Shown here in pieces: positions 35,567 to 45,733 of a DNA stretch of 64,000 nt. A program made the translations under genes and the position numbers. The notes under the pieces are model-generated. The model was not told the origin of the DNA, searched no databases, and saw only the letters and a list, made by a program, of their open reading frames with translations. This stretch comes from Deltaproteobacteria bacterium (GTDB taxonomy: Bacteria > Desulfobacterota > GWC2-55-46 > JADFVP01). The stretch is from assembly GCA_024275045.1 (NCBI GenBank), contig JAJRZX010000036.1, forward strand, positions 19,615-83,614. Reading direction: 5' to 3'. The stretch's first letter is position 1. Every line of letters starts with the position of its first letter.

Positions 35567-37726
35567 TTATTCTTTCCTCAGCAGCGCGAAGTCATGCCCT
35601 TTATCTATAAGAGTAAAATCAGGCAGCTGTGTTATGCGTTCTGTTTTTGTAATGAGAAGTAAGGTTTTATTCTTATCCACGTGCAGTTTTTCAAGTGTAC
35701 TGCCTTCGAGTTTTAGTATCTTTTCTCCCGCGTAATAAAAAGCAATAGAGGGCTGGTTTATCTCGTATGTAGCAAGGGCTGCTCCCGTGTTTTTCGCGTA
35801 TGTTGCGAATTCATAGAGGTCTCGCTGCATAAAGGAGTTTACAGGAGGGATGGCGTTGAGGCGCAAGAACACAAGAAGCGCTACAGAGGCGGCTGCGATA
35901 AGAGGGGCGAACCTGCGTGGATTTTTAATGGAGAGCGCGGAAAAAACACCTGTTAGGAGAAAGATTACTCCAAGGCCCGTAAAGAGAGTTGAGGGAAGGG
36001 GTATCTCCATTTTTACGCCAAGGTGCGGTGTTAAAAAGGCGGCGGCAGAGAGTATAAAAGCAAGAATCGCAGCACCTGTAAAAGCAAAACCCCTGCCATT
36101 GCCGCGCTCTAAGGCCCTTGCCACGAGCAGACCTGCAAGTACGGAGCAGGCAGGTATGGCAGGGAAGATGTAGTTTGGTAGTTTTGTTTTTGAGATTGAG
36201 AAGAAGATAAATATGAATAAAAACCATATCGCTGTAAATAGAAAAATATCTTTATTCTCACGCCCTTTGCGTGCCCCTTTAATTCCTTTTATTACGGCAC
36301 CGGGAAGAAACGTAACCCATGGAAAAAATCCGATGAGCAGTATAAGCACGTAAAAATACGGGGGCCCTCCGTGGCTTGAGATAACTCCGGTAAAGCGGTG
36401 AATATGGTGTTTTATAATAAAGGCGTCTATGAATTCCCAGCCCCGCGCGTTGTACTCAAGGAGAAACCAGGGCATGGAGATAAGGAGAAATAATAGTATG
36501 TACAGTGGGTTGCAGAAGCGTTTTATAGAGGAAAAATCTCTTATTACAAGGAGGTAAATAAATGTTATGGAGACGGGAAATAGCAGTCCTATGGCCCCTT
36601 TTGTAAGCATGGCAAGGGCCGAAGAGGCCCAGAACCCCATGTAGAGCCACTTGTTCCCTGTTTTTATCGCACCGTAGGCTGAAAATAAAGCCCCTGAGAT
36701 AAAAAAGGCCAGCGTCATGTCTGTTACCGCGGAGTGTGAGTATACAAAGAACTCAAGGTTCAGCAATAGCACGAGGCTGCTCCAGAGCGCCGCGTTAAAA
36801 CCCTTGAAGCGTCTCACAAATACAAAGGTTAAGAGGACAAGCAATGCTACAAAGGCGGCAGAAGGAAACCTTGCCGAGAACTCCGAGGTACCAAAGAGTT
36901 TAAAGGCCCCGGACATGGCCCAGTAAAAGAGTATGGGTTTGTCATATCGAGGCTCGAAGTTATATGAGGGGGTAATGAGGTCGCCTGTTACCACCATCTC
37001 ACGCGAGGCCTCGGAGAATACGGCCTCGTCCACGTCAAATACAAGGTAGCCCCCGAGCTTGAAAAAGCATATTGAGATGACAAGGAGCGCAAGGGCAGCC
37101 TTAACCCACTTTTTTTTATCAAAATCAGCACCCCTCCCTCTGGTTAGCAGCCAGCCCACGGCCAGGCCCAGCACCGCGCCGCCAACTACGTCTGAGGCGT
37201 AGTGAGAGCCCAGCGCGATTCTGCTCAGCCCGATGAGTACGGCCGTAAGGTACAGAGGAGGGCGAAGGCGCGGGTATCGCCTGCCAAGCACCACGGAGAT
37301 GGCAAAGGCCGTTGCGGTGTGTCCTGATGGAAAGGAGTTGAACCTGCCGGTAAGATCAAAAAAAGACGGGTGCGAGAGGGCGTGAAGTATGTACTCTGAA
37401 ACATGCGCTAAACGGGGCCTCTCAAATACTGCCTTTAGCAGCTGCGCAATAACCCCGGAGAGCAGTATGGCGTAGAGGGCCTCTTTTCCTGCGGCGGCAA
37501 GATGAGTGTTTTTAAGCTTTCGGCCAATACCCATTAGTATGAGACTTACGGGTATTAAGACTCCGCCGTTACCAAGGAGGCTGAAGAACTCGGCAACAGA
37601 GGATGTAAGGGTGCCCGGGTTAAGGGAGGCGAGTCTTGAGTCAAATGCGGCCGATATCAGAAGGACCGTAAGCGCACCGGTAAGGGCTAAAAAGACCTGC
37701 CTTGAAGAAGGCTTTTCGGCTATCAA
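35567..37726 (-). CDS. Fusion membrane protein: an N-terminal PAP2 (acid phosphatase/undecaprenyl-PP phosphatase-like) domain plus a GT-C glycosyltransferase of the ArnT/PMT (GT39/GT83) type
   Basis: PAP2 motifs are PSGH and SR-x5-H-x3-D (SFPSGHTATAFAI...SRIALGSHYASDV). The GT-C module has the DE-x-x-F/Y signature (DEAVFSEASREMV...KPILFYW). 719 aa with ~14 TM helices. Confidence 0.65.
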   Translation of the reverse strand: MIAEKPSSRQVFLALTGALTVLLISAAFDSRLASLNPGTLTSSVAEFFSLLGNGGVLIPVSLILMGIGRKLKNTHLAAAGKEALYAILLSGVIAQLLKAVFERPRLAHVSEYILHALSHPSFFDLTGRFNSFPSGHTATAFAISVVLGRRYPRLRPPLYLTAVLIGLSRIALGSHYASDVVGGAVLGLAVGWLLTRGRGADFDKKKWVKAALALLVISICFFKLGGYLVFDVDEAVFSEASREMVVTGDLITPSYNFEPRYDKPILFYWAMSGAFKLFGTSEFSARFPSAAFVALLVLLTFVFVRRFKGFNAALWSSLVLLLNLEFFVYSHSAVTDMTLAFFISGALFSAYGAIKTGNKWLYMGFWASSALAMLTKGAIGLLFPVSITFIYLLVIRDFSSIKRFCNPLYILLFLLISMPWFLLEYNARGWEFIDAFIIKHHIHRFTGVISSHGGPPYFYVLILLIGFFPWVTFLPGAVIKGIKGARKGRENKDIFLFTAIWFLFIFIFFSISKTKLPNYIFPAIPACSVLAGLLVARALERGNGRGFAFTGAAILAFILSAAAFLTPHLGVKMEIPLPSTLFTGLGVIFLLTGVFSALSIKNPRRFAPLIAAASVALLVFLRLNAIPPVNSFMQRDLYEFATYAKNTGAALATYEINQPSIAFYYAGEKILKLEGSTLEKLHVDKNKTLLLITKTERITQLPDFTLIDKGHDFALLRKE

Positions 37727-39000
37727 GTGAGGGCCTCTTTGAATATCTCGATAGCAAGCAGGAGCTCGGCCTTTGTTATATTAAGTGGAGGGATAAGGCG
37801 GGCTACGTTTTTATTTACCCCGCAGTCAATAATTATAAGCCCTTTATCAAGGCATTTGGCCATGACCTCCTGAAGGAGAGGCGCATCGGCTGTGCCGTCT
37901 TTCCTTATAAACTCAACGCCTATCATCAGCCCCATGCCGCGCACGTCGCCAATGCATGGGTGTGAGCGGGCTATTTTTCTCAGCTCTCTAAGAGCGACTT
38001 TGCCGAGTTTTTGCGTGTTTTGTAAGAGCCCCTCGCTCTCAATGACGTTAATGGTGGCAAGTGAGGCGGCGCAGGAAATGGGGTTGCCGCCAAAGGTGGT
38101 GCCGTGGGCGCCGGGGGGCCATTTGGACATGATTTTTTTTGATGCGCCAATGGCTGAGAGGGGCAAACCCGAGGCTATGCCCTTTGCCATGGTGAGAATG
38201 TCCGGGTTTACGTCGTAGCTTTGTGCGGCAAACCACTCTCCGGTTCTGCCAAAACCGCTCTGCACCTCATCGAATATGAGCATGATGCCGTGTCTTGTAC
38301 AGAGCTCTCTTAACTTTACGAGAAACTCTTTTGGGGCAGGGCAGTATCCGCCCTCTCCCAGCACAGGCTCGATTATCATGCAGGCCACCTCTTCGGGGGT
38401 AATCTCACGAGTGAGCATGGTCTCAAGGTAGGTAAAGCACTGCACGCTGCATTTTTTCGGGGTATCGCCAAGGGGACAGCGGTAGCAGTAAGGATAGGGG
38501 GCATGATAAACGCCCGGCAGCAGAGGGTGGCAGCCTCTGCTGTATCTCGCGCTTGAGGTGGTAAGTGTTATGGCCCCGAAGGTGCGGCCATGAAAACCTC
38601 CGAGAAAGGATATGATCCCCTGTCGTCCGGTGGTGATTCTCGCAAGTTTTATGGCCCCCTCAACAGCCTCTGCACCGCTGTTTGAGAAGAAAAACTTGTC
38701 AATACCCTTCGGGGTTATGGAGGCAAGCCTCTCTGCAAGGTCCACGATGCTATCGTAGTGGAAGATACAGCCCGAGTGGATAAGGTTCTGCGCCTGCTCT
38801 GTAATGGCGCGGACGACCTCGGGGTGCGCGTGTCCGATATTGGAAACAGCAAGCCCTGAGGCAAGGTCCATGTAAGTACGTCCGTCCGATGCCTCCACAT
38901 AAAGGCCGTGGGCTGATAGGGCCTTAACCGGTGTGTGAAAGACAAGGGCGGAGGTTAGAAAATTTTTGGCTTTTTTGAGATGCGATTTGGAGTTGGCCAC
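37723..39000 (-). CDS. Class III PLP aminotransferase (ornithine/acetylornithine/GABA aminotransferase family)
   Basis: The AT-III fold with the PLP lysine in the TMAKG context. It overlaps the PAP2-GT gene by 4 bp. Confidence 0.8.
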   Translation of the reverse strand: MANSKSHLKKAKNFLTSALVFHTPVKALSAHGLYVEASDGRTYMDLASGLAVSNIGHAHPEVVRAITEQAQNLIHSGCIFHYDSIVDLAERLASITPKGIDKFFFSNSGAEAVEGAIKLARITTGRQGIISFLGGFHGRTFGAITLTTSSARYSRGCHPLLPGVYHAPYPYCYRCPLGDTPKKCSVQCFTYLETMLTREITPEEVACMIIEPVLGEGGYCPAPKEFLVKLRELCTRHGIMLIFDEVQSGFGRTGEWFAAQSYDVNPDILTMAKGIASGLPLSAIGASKKIMSKWPPGAHGTTFGGNPISCAASLATINVIESEGLLQNTQKLGKVALRELRKIARSHPCIGDVRGMGLMIGVEFIRKDGTADAPLLQEVMAKCLDKGLIIIDCGVNKNVARLIPPLNITKAELLLAIEIFKEALT

Positions 39001-39107
39001 TTTAACTCAGTTAGATGGGGGGTTATATGAGTAAGGAGGTCAGGTATAACTTCCCCTCTGTCTTTATCTCTGTTGAGTAAACATAAGAATAACAGGTATG
39101 AAAAAGC

Positions 39108-39356
39108 TCAGTCCGCGTCAACAGGCACAGGCTCGCAGAGCATGGTATCGTATATGGCAAGCCTTCCGCATTTTTTGCAGATATACTCTATCTTGTCCAG
39201 CATGGCGCCGCAGACATGGCGCGCATCATCTATGGTCTTATCGCAGAACTCGCAGGTAAAGGGCATGGCCTCGGTCCTGGGGTGGCAAAGGTGTCCACGG
39301 CCGCTGGCAAGTCCGTCGCATGTAGGACAGTGGTATGTCTTGACGTATTCGGTCAT
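39108..39356 (-). CDS. Small Cys-rich metal-binding protein (9 Cys, several CxxC pairs). Possibly a rubredoxin/zinc-ribbon-like partner of the adjacent ferritin-like protein.
   Basis: 82 aa containing CPTC, CEFC and CKKC pairs. It is well placed between same-strand genes. Confidence 0.4.
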   Translation of the reverse strand: MTEYVKTYHCPTCDGLASGRGHLCHPRTEAMPFTCEFCDKTIDDARHVCGAMLDKIEYICKKCGRLAIYDTMLCEPVPVDAD

Positions 39357-39393
39357 GATATATCAACTCCTGGGTTATTGAAGCGCGCCGGCC

Positions 39394-39885
39394 TCAGCTG
39401 TACTCTTTTCTGAGCTCAATGAGTGTCTCAAGGTGCTCTTCTTCCTGCTTTATAAGGGCCGCGAGCACGGGTCTGTCTTTTTCCACTATTACCTTCTCGT
39501 ACTCGCCGTAAAAAACAAGAGAATCCTTTTCCATGCCTATGGCAAAGTCAAGCACCTCGGCGGGGTTAGCTATCTCACCGGCAAACTTTCCGCCGTCTTC
39601 GGGGCTCTTAAAGACCTCGCTGTCTGCCATGGAGCGAAGGTACTCAGAGGCCTCGGTGATGTAAGGGTCAAAACCCTGGGATACGTACTCATCGGATACG
39701 AGTTCTTTCATATCAGCGAATATTTTTATATGGTGCCCTTCTTCTATGGCAAGTCTCTTAAAGAGGGCTTTTGTAGTCTCGTCTTTAGCGGCCTTAAAGG
39801 CGTCCGTGTAGAATTTCAGACCGTTTTCTTCTATTTTTAAGGCCATTTCTATGACCTCGCTACCAGTGAACTTTACAGAGCTCAT
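39394..39885 (-). CDS. Rubrerythrin-family ferritin-like diiron protein
   Basis: Two E-x-x-H-containing helical halves (EEGHH and EEEH). 163 aa. It has no rubredoxin domain of its own. Confidence 0.5.
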   Translation of the reverse strand: MSSVKFTGSEVIEMALKIEENGLKFYTDAFKAAKDETTKALFKRLAIEEGHHIKIFADMKELVSDEYVSQGFDPYITEASEYLRSMADSEVFKSPEDGGKFAGEIANPAEVLDFAIGMEKDSLVFYGEYEKVIVEKDRPVLAALIKQEEEHLETLIELRKEYS

Positions 39886-40032
39886 GGCGACCTCCTATGT
39901 GATTTTGTGGCGATTATATCATCGGCCAAATCCTTTTGCAAATATCTTTGCCTTTTATATTACTTATTTCCCTTTGTTTTCATCTTACTGGCTGTGCGGG
40001 GCAGCAGGGCCGAGGGCTTATTACATAACCCC

Positions 40033-41529
40033 TTAATCAATCTGAGCCTTCTGCAGCGCTCCGCTGTAGTCTCTGTATACCACCTTCATTCGGGTAAACA
40101 TATCAATGGCCCCGCAGCGGCCACCGGCCTCTTTGCGTCCAAGTCCGCTCCTGCCGGTGCCGCCAAAGGGCAGGTGTATCTCAGCTCCGATAGTGGGGGC
40201 GTTGATGTAGACAATGCCTGCCGTAAGGTCCCGTTCGGCTACGGCAGAGGAGTTTACGTTATTAGTGTATATGGCCGAGGATAACCCGTACTCCACGTTA
40301 TTGGCGATATTAATGGCATGTGTGAGTGAATCTGCCTTGATTACGGATACAAAGGGGCCGAATATCTCTTCTCTGGCTATGCGCATCTCAGGGGTGACGT
40401 CGCCAAATATTGTTGGCTCCATGAAGAATCCGTCTTTAAGATCCCCATCAGTAAGGGCGCGGCCTCCAAGCACAAGGGTTGCCCCCTCGTCCAGCCCCAC
40501 CTTGACGTAGGAGAGGGCCTTGTTGAGCTGGTCTTTATTTATAAGGGGGCCTACATCTACGGCGGGGGTGAGGCCGTTGCCAATGGTCAGTTTTTGCGTG
40601 GCCGCTTTGAGCATACCGAGAAACTCATCATAGACCTTTTCATGGACAATGAGCCTGCTTGCAGCCGTGCAGCGCTGACCCGTAGTGCCGAACCCCCCCC
40701 AGAGCGCCCCTTCCAGTGCAAGGTCAAGGTTGGCGTCCTCCATGATGATTATGGGGTTCTTGCCGCCCATCTCGCAGGAGACTTGTTTCTTTGGCCCGGC
40801 GCAGAGCCGCGCGAGTTTCTCTCCAACGGCAGATGAGCCTGTAAAGGAGAGACCGTTTACACCCCGGTGAGTGGCAAGGTACTCTCCAACGGTACGCCCG
40901 TTACCGTGCACAAGGTTAAGCACCCCCGGCGGAAGCCCGGCCTCAACAAGTATCTCCGCAAGGCGCGCCGCTGCCGCCGGGGTATAACTTGAGGGTTTAA
41001 ATACCACGGTGTTGCCTGCGATAAGGGCGGGAAATATCTTCCACGCGGGTATGGCCGTTGGAAAGTTCCATGGCGTAATAAGGGCGAATACCCCTATGGG
41101 TTCTCGAAAGGTCTTGCAGTCCTTTGACGGCAGCTCCGAGGGCATGGTCTCGCCGGTGAGGCGTCGGCCTTCGCCTGCCATGTAAAAGGCCATGTCAATG
41201 GCCTCCTGCACATCTCCAAGACCCTCGGCGAGAATCTTGCCCATCTCACGGGTAACAAGGGCGCCAAGGGTTTTTTTGTTTTCCTGCAGTAACTCGGCTG
41301 CGCGAAAGAGTATCTCTCCCCTTACTGGAGCAGGGGTGAGGCGCCACCCCTCATATGCCTCCTCAGCGGCATGTACCGCCTCATCCACCTCTGCCTCTGT
41401 GGAGACAGGTACGTGCGCCACAACATCTGAGGTATCCGCGGGGTTAAGGTCCTTGATAAAAGAGCCTCTGCTCTCCAGCCATTTTCCATTTATGTGATTT
41501 CTGAGTTTTTTCGTGCTCGCCGGAGTCAT
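40033..41529 (-). CDS. NAD(P)-dependent aldehyde dehydrogenase, plausibly 1-pyrroline-5-carboxylate/semialdehyde dehydrogenase given the neighbours
   Basis: An ALDH fold with a catalytic Cys and a Glu in ELGGKNP-like contexts. 498 aa. Confidence 0.8.
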   Translation of the reverse strand: MTPASTKKLRNHINGKWLESRGSFIKDLNPADTSDVVAHVPVSTEAEVDEAVHAAEEAYEGWRLTPAPVRGEILFRAAELLQENKKTLGALVTREMGKILAEGLGDVQEAIDMAFYMAGEGRRLTGETMPSELPSKDCKTFREPIGVFALITPWNFPTAIPAWKIFPALIAGNTVVFKPSSYTPAAAARLAEILVEAGLPPGVLNLVHGNGRTVGEYLATHRGVNGLSFTGSSAVGEKLARLCAGPKKQVSCEMGGKNPIIIMEDANLDLALEGALWGGFGTTGQRCTAASRLIVHEKVYDEFLGMLKAATQKLTIGNGLTPAVDVGPLINKDQLNKALSYVKVGLDEGATLVLGGRALTDGDLKDGFFMEPTIFGDVTPEMRIAREEIFGPFVSVIKADSLTHAINIANNVEYGLSSAIYTNNVNSSAVAERDLTAGIVYINAPTIGAEIHLPFGGTGRSGLGRKEAGGRCGAIDMFTRMKVVYRDYSGALQKAQID

Positions 41530-41681
41530 CTTTGGCCTCCTCTTAGAGGTAAGCAGCCCGTGGAAATGGGCCTTATAACGGATTTCGAGTATATAGAAAA
41601 TATACCATTATTCCCGTTAATTGCAAGGACGGCTTATGCGCATGCGTTGGGGCGGAAGATTGTATTCTTGGAAAAAGTCAG

Positions 41682-41755
41682 TGGAGCGGGCGATGGGAAT
41701 CGAACCCACGTGTGCAGCTTGGGAAGCTGCCATTCTACCATTGAATCACGCCCGC
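41682..41755 (-). tRNA. tRNA-Gly (anticodon CCC) with encoded CCA
   Basis: The reverse complement folds as a cloverleaf: acceptor GCGGGCG/CGCCCGC, D-arm ATTC..GAAT, anticodon stem GCAGC/GCTGC with loop TTCCCAA, T-arm GTGGG-TTCGATT-CCCAT. Confidence 0.85.
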
Positions 41756-42034
41756 ACGGGATAACCTCTGTAACTGCCGCCTGTAGAAAAGGCGGTGACC
41801 TGTGAAGAGTACCTTATACTATATTTGCCTTACCTCAGTCAAGGGCTCGTGAGGGTGCCGGTTATAAGATGCGCGACAGGAGGCGGCGCGGGGCAGGGCT
41901 CTGCGGTAAAAGAAAAAATTTTGGAGGCTTACCGGTTTTTCTGTTATTCTATAAAGATATGATTTTAACATCTTAACTTTAATTATGTTTAATCCGCGTC
42001 TTGATTTTGTAAGTGCACGGAAAGAGGTGGTTTA

Positions 42035-43087
42035 TTGAAGGTCCTTAAAAAAGTCTTACCCATTATTGCAATACTTGTCATCCTTGGCCTTGTATTTCTT
42101 TATCTTGGAAGGAGTAAAGACAGTGGCACGGCCAATGCCATGAGCGGCACCGGGACTATAGAGGCCACGGAAGTGGCCCTCTCGCCAAAGATAGCCGAGA
42201 CCATAGACTGGCTCTGCTGTAATGTAGGCGAGAGGGTTACCGCTAATCAGGTTGTGGCGCGTCTTGACAAGAGAGAGCTGGAGGCCCTTGCGGCAGAGGC
42301 CCATGCCACTGTTGCGGCCTCTGCCGTTGGCGTAAGAGAGGCCCGTGTGGCACTTGAGAGCAGGCGCGTGGCCGTAGAGACCGTGGGTTTTGAACTTGAG
42401 TCCGCACGCGCCGAGGTGGAGAGAGTAAGGTCTCTTGCCGCAGACGCAGAGAAGGAGTATAAACGCATCTCCGTTCTTGTAAAAAAAGGCTTTGTATCAA
42501 GCAGCGAGTTTGACAGCGCAAAGGCCGCGTATGAGTCTGCAGCGGCCTCTTTAAATTCGGCAGTCGCACGGGTAAAGGCAGAGGAGGCGCAGCTTAGAAG
42601 CGCCCGTGTGGCCGTAAAGAGTGCGGCAGCTGCCATTAGCGCGGCAGAGGCGGGGCGCGCCAAGGACGAGGCCACGGAGCAGGTCTTGCTGACAAGGCTC
42701 ACTTACGCCGTGCTTAAGAGCCCAATAAACGGAGTGGTTGCGTATAAGGCATTCGAGGCCGGTGAGATGAGTGTGCCCGGCAAGGCCATATATACCGTAT
42801 ATGACTTTCAGGATATGTGGGCAAGGGTGGATGTAGGGGAGACTGAGCTTGCGCGTGTAAGACTTGGTACCCGCGCGGAGGTAAGCGTGCCGGGTCTGCC
42901 CGATCGTGTCTTTAAGGGAGAGGTAAGCGAGATAGGGCAGATGGGAGAGTTTGCAACGCATAAAGACGTCATCAGGGTGAGCCACGATATTAAGACCTTC
43001 AGGATAAAGGTACGCCTCCTTGAGTCCAATGGTTTGTTAAAACCCGGCATGACGTGCAGGGTGAGGATTTTTTTTGGTGATAAGTAG
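42035..43087 (+). CDS. HlyD-family periplasmic adaptor (membrane fusion protein)
   Basis: An N-terminal TM segment, a long coiled coil and a beta-barrel domain. A TTG start is assumed. Confidence 0.75.
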   Translation: MKVLKKVLPIIAILVILGLVFLYLGRSKDSGTANAMSGTGTIEATEVALSPKIAETIDWLCCNVGERVTANQVVARLDKRELEALAAEAHATVAASAVGVREARVALESRRVAVETVGFELESARAEVERVRSLAADAEKEYKRISVLVKKGFVSSSEFDSAKAAYESAAASLNSAVARVKAEEAQLRSARVAVKSAAAAISAAEAGRAKDEATEQVLLTRLTYAVLKSPINGVVAYKAFEAGEMSVPGKAIYTVYDFQDMWARVDVGETELARVRLGTRAEVSVPGLPDRVFKGEVSEIGQMGEFATHKDVIRVSHDIKTFRIKVRLLESNGLLKPGMTCRVRIFFGDK

Positions 43088-43117
43088 AGCGGCTCTGCCT
43101 CTTAGTGGGGCTTTTAT

Positions 43118-44119
43118 ATGAGCCTTGCCATAGAGACGCGAAGTCTTAAAAGAGTGTATGGAAAGAAAACCGCCCTTGACGGCGTGGATTTATCCGTGCC
43201 AATGGGTGATTTTTTTGGCCTCTTAGGGCCTAACGGTGCAGGCAAGACCACGCTTATAAGGATACTCTCCACGCTTATTAAACCCTCAAGCGGCAGCGCC
43301 GCTGTAGCGGGTTTTGATGTAGTCAAGTCCTGTAATGACGTGCGCAGGCAGATAGGCGTGGTGCCTCAGGCCATGACCACGGATCTTGACCTTACGGCGC
43401 GTGAGGTCCTTGATATATACGCAAGGTTCTACGGTTTATCGGGTAAAAAAAGACGCGCGCGTATTGATGAGCTCCTTGAGCTCGTGGGGCTCACGCAGCG
43501 ATCCGCTGACCTTGTGGCTACTTTCTCAGGAGGCATGCGTCGCCGTCTTGAGATAGCCCGCGGTCTTGTTCATATGCCCACGCTCCTTATCCTTGACGAG
43601 CCCACTCTGGGCCTTGACCCTCAGACACGCCATGTTGTATGGGATATCCTCCGTAAATTCAGAGAGGAGTCCGGCCTTACCGTGCTCCTTACCACTCATT
43701 ACATGGAAGAGGCCGAGTCGCTCTGCGACCATGTGGCTATTATTGATAACGGCAATATCGTGGCCCTTGATACCGTAGCCGGGCTTAAGGCCATGATACC
43801 CAGTGAGGATGTTATTGAGTTAAGCCTCTCGGGTATAACTCCGGGTGAGGCAGAGTCCTGGATAACCTCCATAGAGATGGTGCATTCATGCACAGCGCGC
43901 GGAGACGACTTCGTAGTATCCGTGGCAGACGCCGTAAGTGTTCTGCCCGTGCTTCTCGAGGGCCTCAAGACCCGCGGGGCCACGGTATCGAGGATGGTGC
44001 TTAAAGAGCAGACCCTTGAGGATGTATTTATCCACTTTACGGGGCGTTCCATCAGGGAGGAAGGGGCAAAGAAGGTGAGCTTTTTTATCGGCGCAGGTGT
44101 TCCAAGAAAAATGTCATAA
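43118..44119 (+). CDS. ABC transporter ATP-binding protein (ABC-2/DrrA-like)
   Basis: Walker A GPNGAGKTT, the signature SGGMRRRL, and Walker B ILDEPT. Confidence 0.9.
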   Translation: MSLAIETRSLKRVYGKKTALDGVDLSVPMGDFFGLLGPNGAGKTTLIRILSTLIKPSSGSAAVAGFDVVKSCNDVRRQIGVVPQAMTTDLDLTAREVLDIYARFYGLSGKKRRARIDELLELVGLTQRSADLVATFSGGMRRRLEIARGLVHMPTLLILDEPTLGLDPQTRHVVWDILRKFREESGLTVLLTTHYMEEAESLCDHVAIIDNGNIVALDTVAGLKAMIPSEDVIELSLSGITPGEAESWITSIEMVHSCTARGDDFVVSVADAVSVLPVLLEGLKTRGATVSRMVLKEQTLEDVFIHFTGRSIREEGAKKVSFFIGAGVPRKMS

Positions 44120-44172
44120 GTCTAAACCTCTGTTCTTTATAAAAGCAGGGCAGGGGATTAAGAGGCCGTCTC

Positions 44173-45294
44173 ATGCATCGTATATACGCCTTAATAGAGA
44201 GAGATCTCAGGAAATTTATCCGCAACCCCTTTGTGGTTGGCGTATCCATAGCCATGCCCATAGTGTATCTCATTATCATGGGTTCGAGCTTTCAGGGAGA
44301 GCTGAAGAGTCTCTCCGTAGCAGTGGTGGATCAGGATAACGGCGAGTACGGGCGCAGTATCCTCAGTAACCTTCGCGCCGTGCAGCATGGCCCCGCCACT
44401 ATACGCGTTCTTACCGTAACAGACAAGTCCTCTGCCATGGAGGCCCTTGCCGACGGCACCTTCAAGGCCGTGCTTATCATCCCCCGTGATTTTTCAAAGA
44501 AGGTCATACGCGGCGAGACCGCTGATGTGGGGTTATTTCTTGATAACGTGGAGACTATATCCTCGGCTACCATTGAAAAAGCCGTAAGAGGGGCCGTGGG
44601 AGAGGTCTCCGTGGACTTTATTCCCGTTAGAGAGGGCCGTGGTCATGTCTTTGTACGGGCCATAAACACCTACGGCAAGATTGACTACGACCAGGGCCTT
44701 ATACCCGGCGTTGTGATTATGGCCATCTTCATAGGGGCCATGACAACAGGGGTCTTTAACGTGGTGATGGACAGATTTCTGGGTATTGACGAGAGTTATT
44801 TTCTAACCCCCTTATCCAAACTCGATATAGTCGTGGCCCTTGTTATAAGCGGGCTTATGGTCACTACCGTCCTTGCCGTTATCGTGCTCTTTTTAAGCAC
44901 ATTGACGGCAGGCATGTATCTCTGGGAGCTGCTGAGCCTTACGGGTTTTTTCTCTGTTCTTGCCGTATTCATCCTCTCGGCCTTATCGCTTCAGGGCTTG
45001 ATGTTCCTTGTCATGGGACGGGCCACTCACCCGAGGATTCTTGGCATTATGGGAGGGTTTCTTAACGTCATATTTTTCTTTCCAAGCGGGGCCATTTATC
45101 CGGTGGAGAGCTTTCCTCTGTGGCTGCAGTACTTTGCCGCCGTAAACCCCGAGACCTACTCCGTGCACGCCCTTAAGGCCGTAATATTCAAGGGCGCCGG
45201 GCTTGCCACCATTACCGGGGACCTGCTCTTTCTTGCTGGTTTTTCTTTTGTCGCCCTCACGGTAAGTATTATTTCATTTAAGCGAACGCTCTAA
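44173..45294 (+). CDS. ABC-2 type transporter permease
   Basis: Six TM segments and the ABC-2 membrane family pattern. It lies downstream of the ATPase. Confidence 0.8.
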   Translation: MHRIYALIERDLRKFIRNPFVVGVSIAMPIVYLIIMGSSFQGELKSLSVAVVDQDNGEYGRSILSNLRAVQHGPATIRVLTVTDKSSAMEALADGTFKAVLIIPRDFSKKVIRGETADVGLFLDNVETISSATIEKAVRGAVGEVSVDFIPVREGRGHVFVRAINTYGKIDYDQGLIPGVVIMAIFIGAMTTGVFNVVMDRFLGIDESYFLTPLSKLDIVVALVISGLMVTTVLAVIVLFLSTLTAGMYLWELLSLTGFFSVLAVFILSALSLQGLMFLVMGRATHPRILGIMGGFLNVIFFFPSGAIYPVESFPLWLQYFAAVNPETYSVHALKAVIFKGAGLATITGDLLFLAGFSFVALTVSIISFKRTL

Positions 45295-45420
45295 TGCGGC
45301 AGCATCTGAGAGAACCCTTCGGTATTTTTTACAGTAATAATTTTGAGAGGGCAAAGAAAAGTATACTCTGAGACAACGGTGCCTGAGGCGGTCTCTATTG
45401 AGATCTATTTAATAATAGTG

Positions 45421-45449
45421 TTGACAGGGTTATAAAAATATATTAGAGT
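45421..45449 (+). promoter_or_regulatory. Putative promoter (-35 TTGACA, 17 bp spacer, -10 TAGAGT) driving the S-box leader
   Basis: Sequence match about 25 nt upstream of riboswitch P1. Confidence 0.35.
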
Positions 45450-45473
45450 TATCAATACAATTGAATAATGGAT

Positions 45474-45632
45474 ATCTTATCCAGAGTGGCGGAGGGACTG
45501 GCCCGATGAAACCACAGCAACCGGTACCGTAAAAGGTATGACAGGTGCTAAATCCAGCAGAGACGGTTAAACGTCTCTGGAAGATAAGAAGAATTACTGG
45601 ACACTCTTCTTATTAAAGAAGGGTTTTTTTTT
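45474..45632 (+). ncRNA. SAM-I (S-box) riboswitch with intrinsic terminator
   Basis: P1 runs 5' ATCTTATCCAGAG to 3' CTCTGGAAGATAAGA. Conserved cores present are GGCGGAGGGACTGGCCCGATGAAACC, GCAACC and AGGTGCTAAATCCAGCAGAG. An 8-bp terminator stem with a T9 tract follows. The antiterminator is GATAAGAAG pairing with CTTCTTAT. Confidence 0.85.
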
Positions 45633-45733
45633 GCCCAAGACCGCTCTCTCAATGTGTGAACAGGGGGCGTGGATACAGGTGGTTTTGTAACTTTAAATAT
45701 TTAACGTAAAGTCATTCTACAGGAGATGTTTAT

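Noticed and set aside
41494-41805. 103-aa ORF overlapping the tRNA-Gly locus
   Set aside because: It overlaps a clear tRNA gene on the opposite strand and is an artefact of the open frame.
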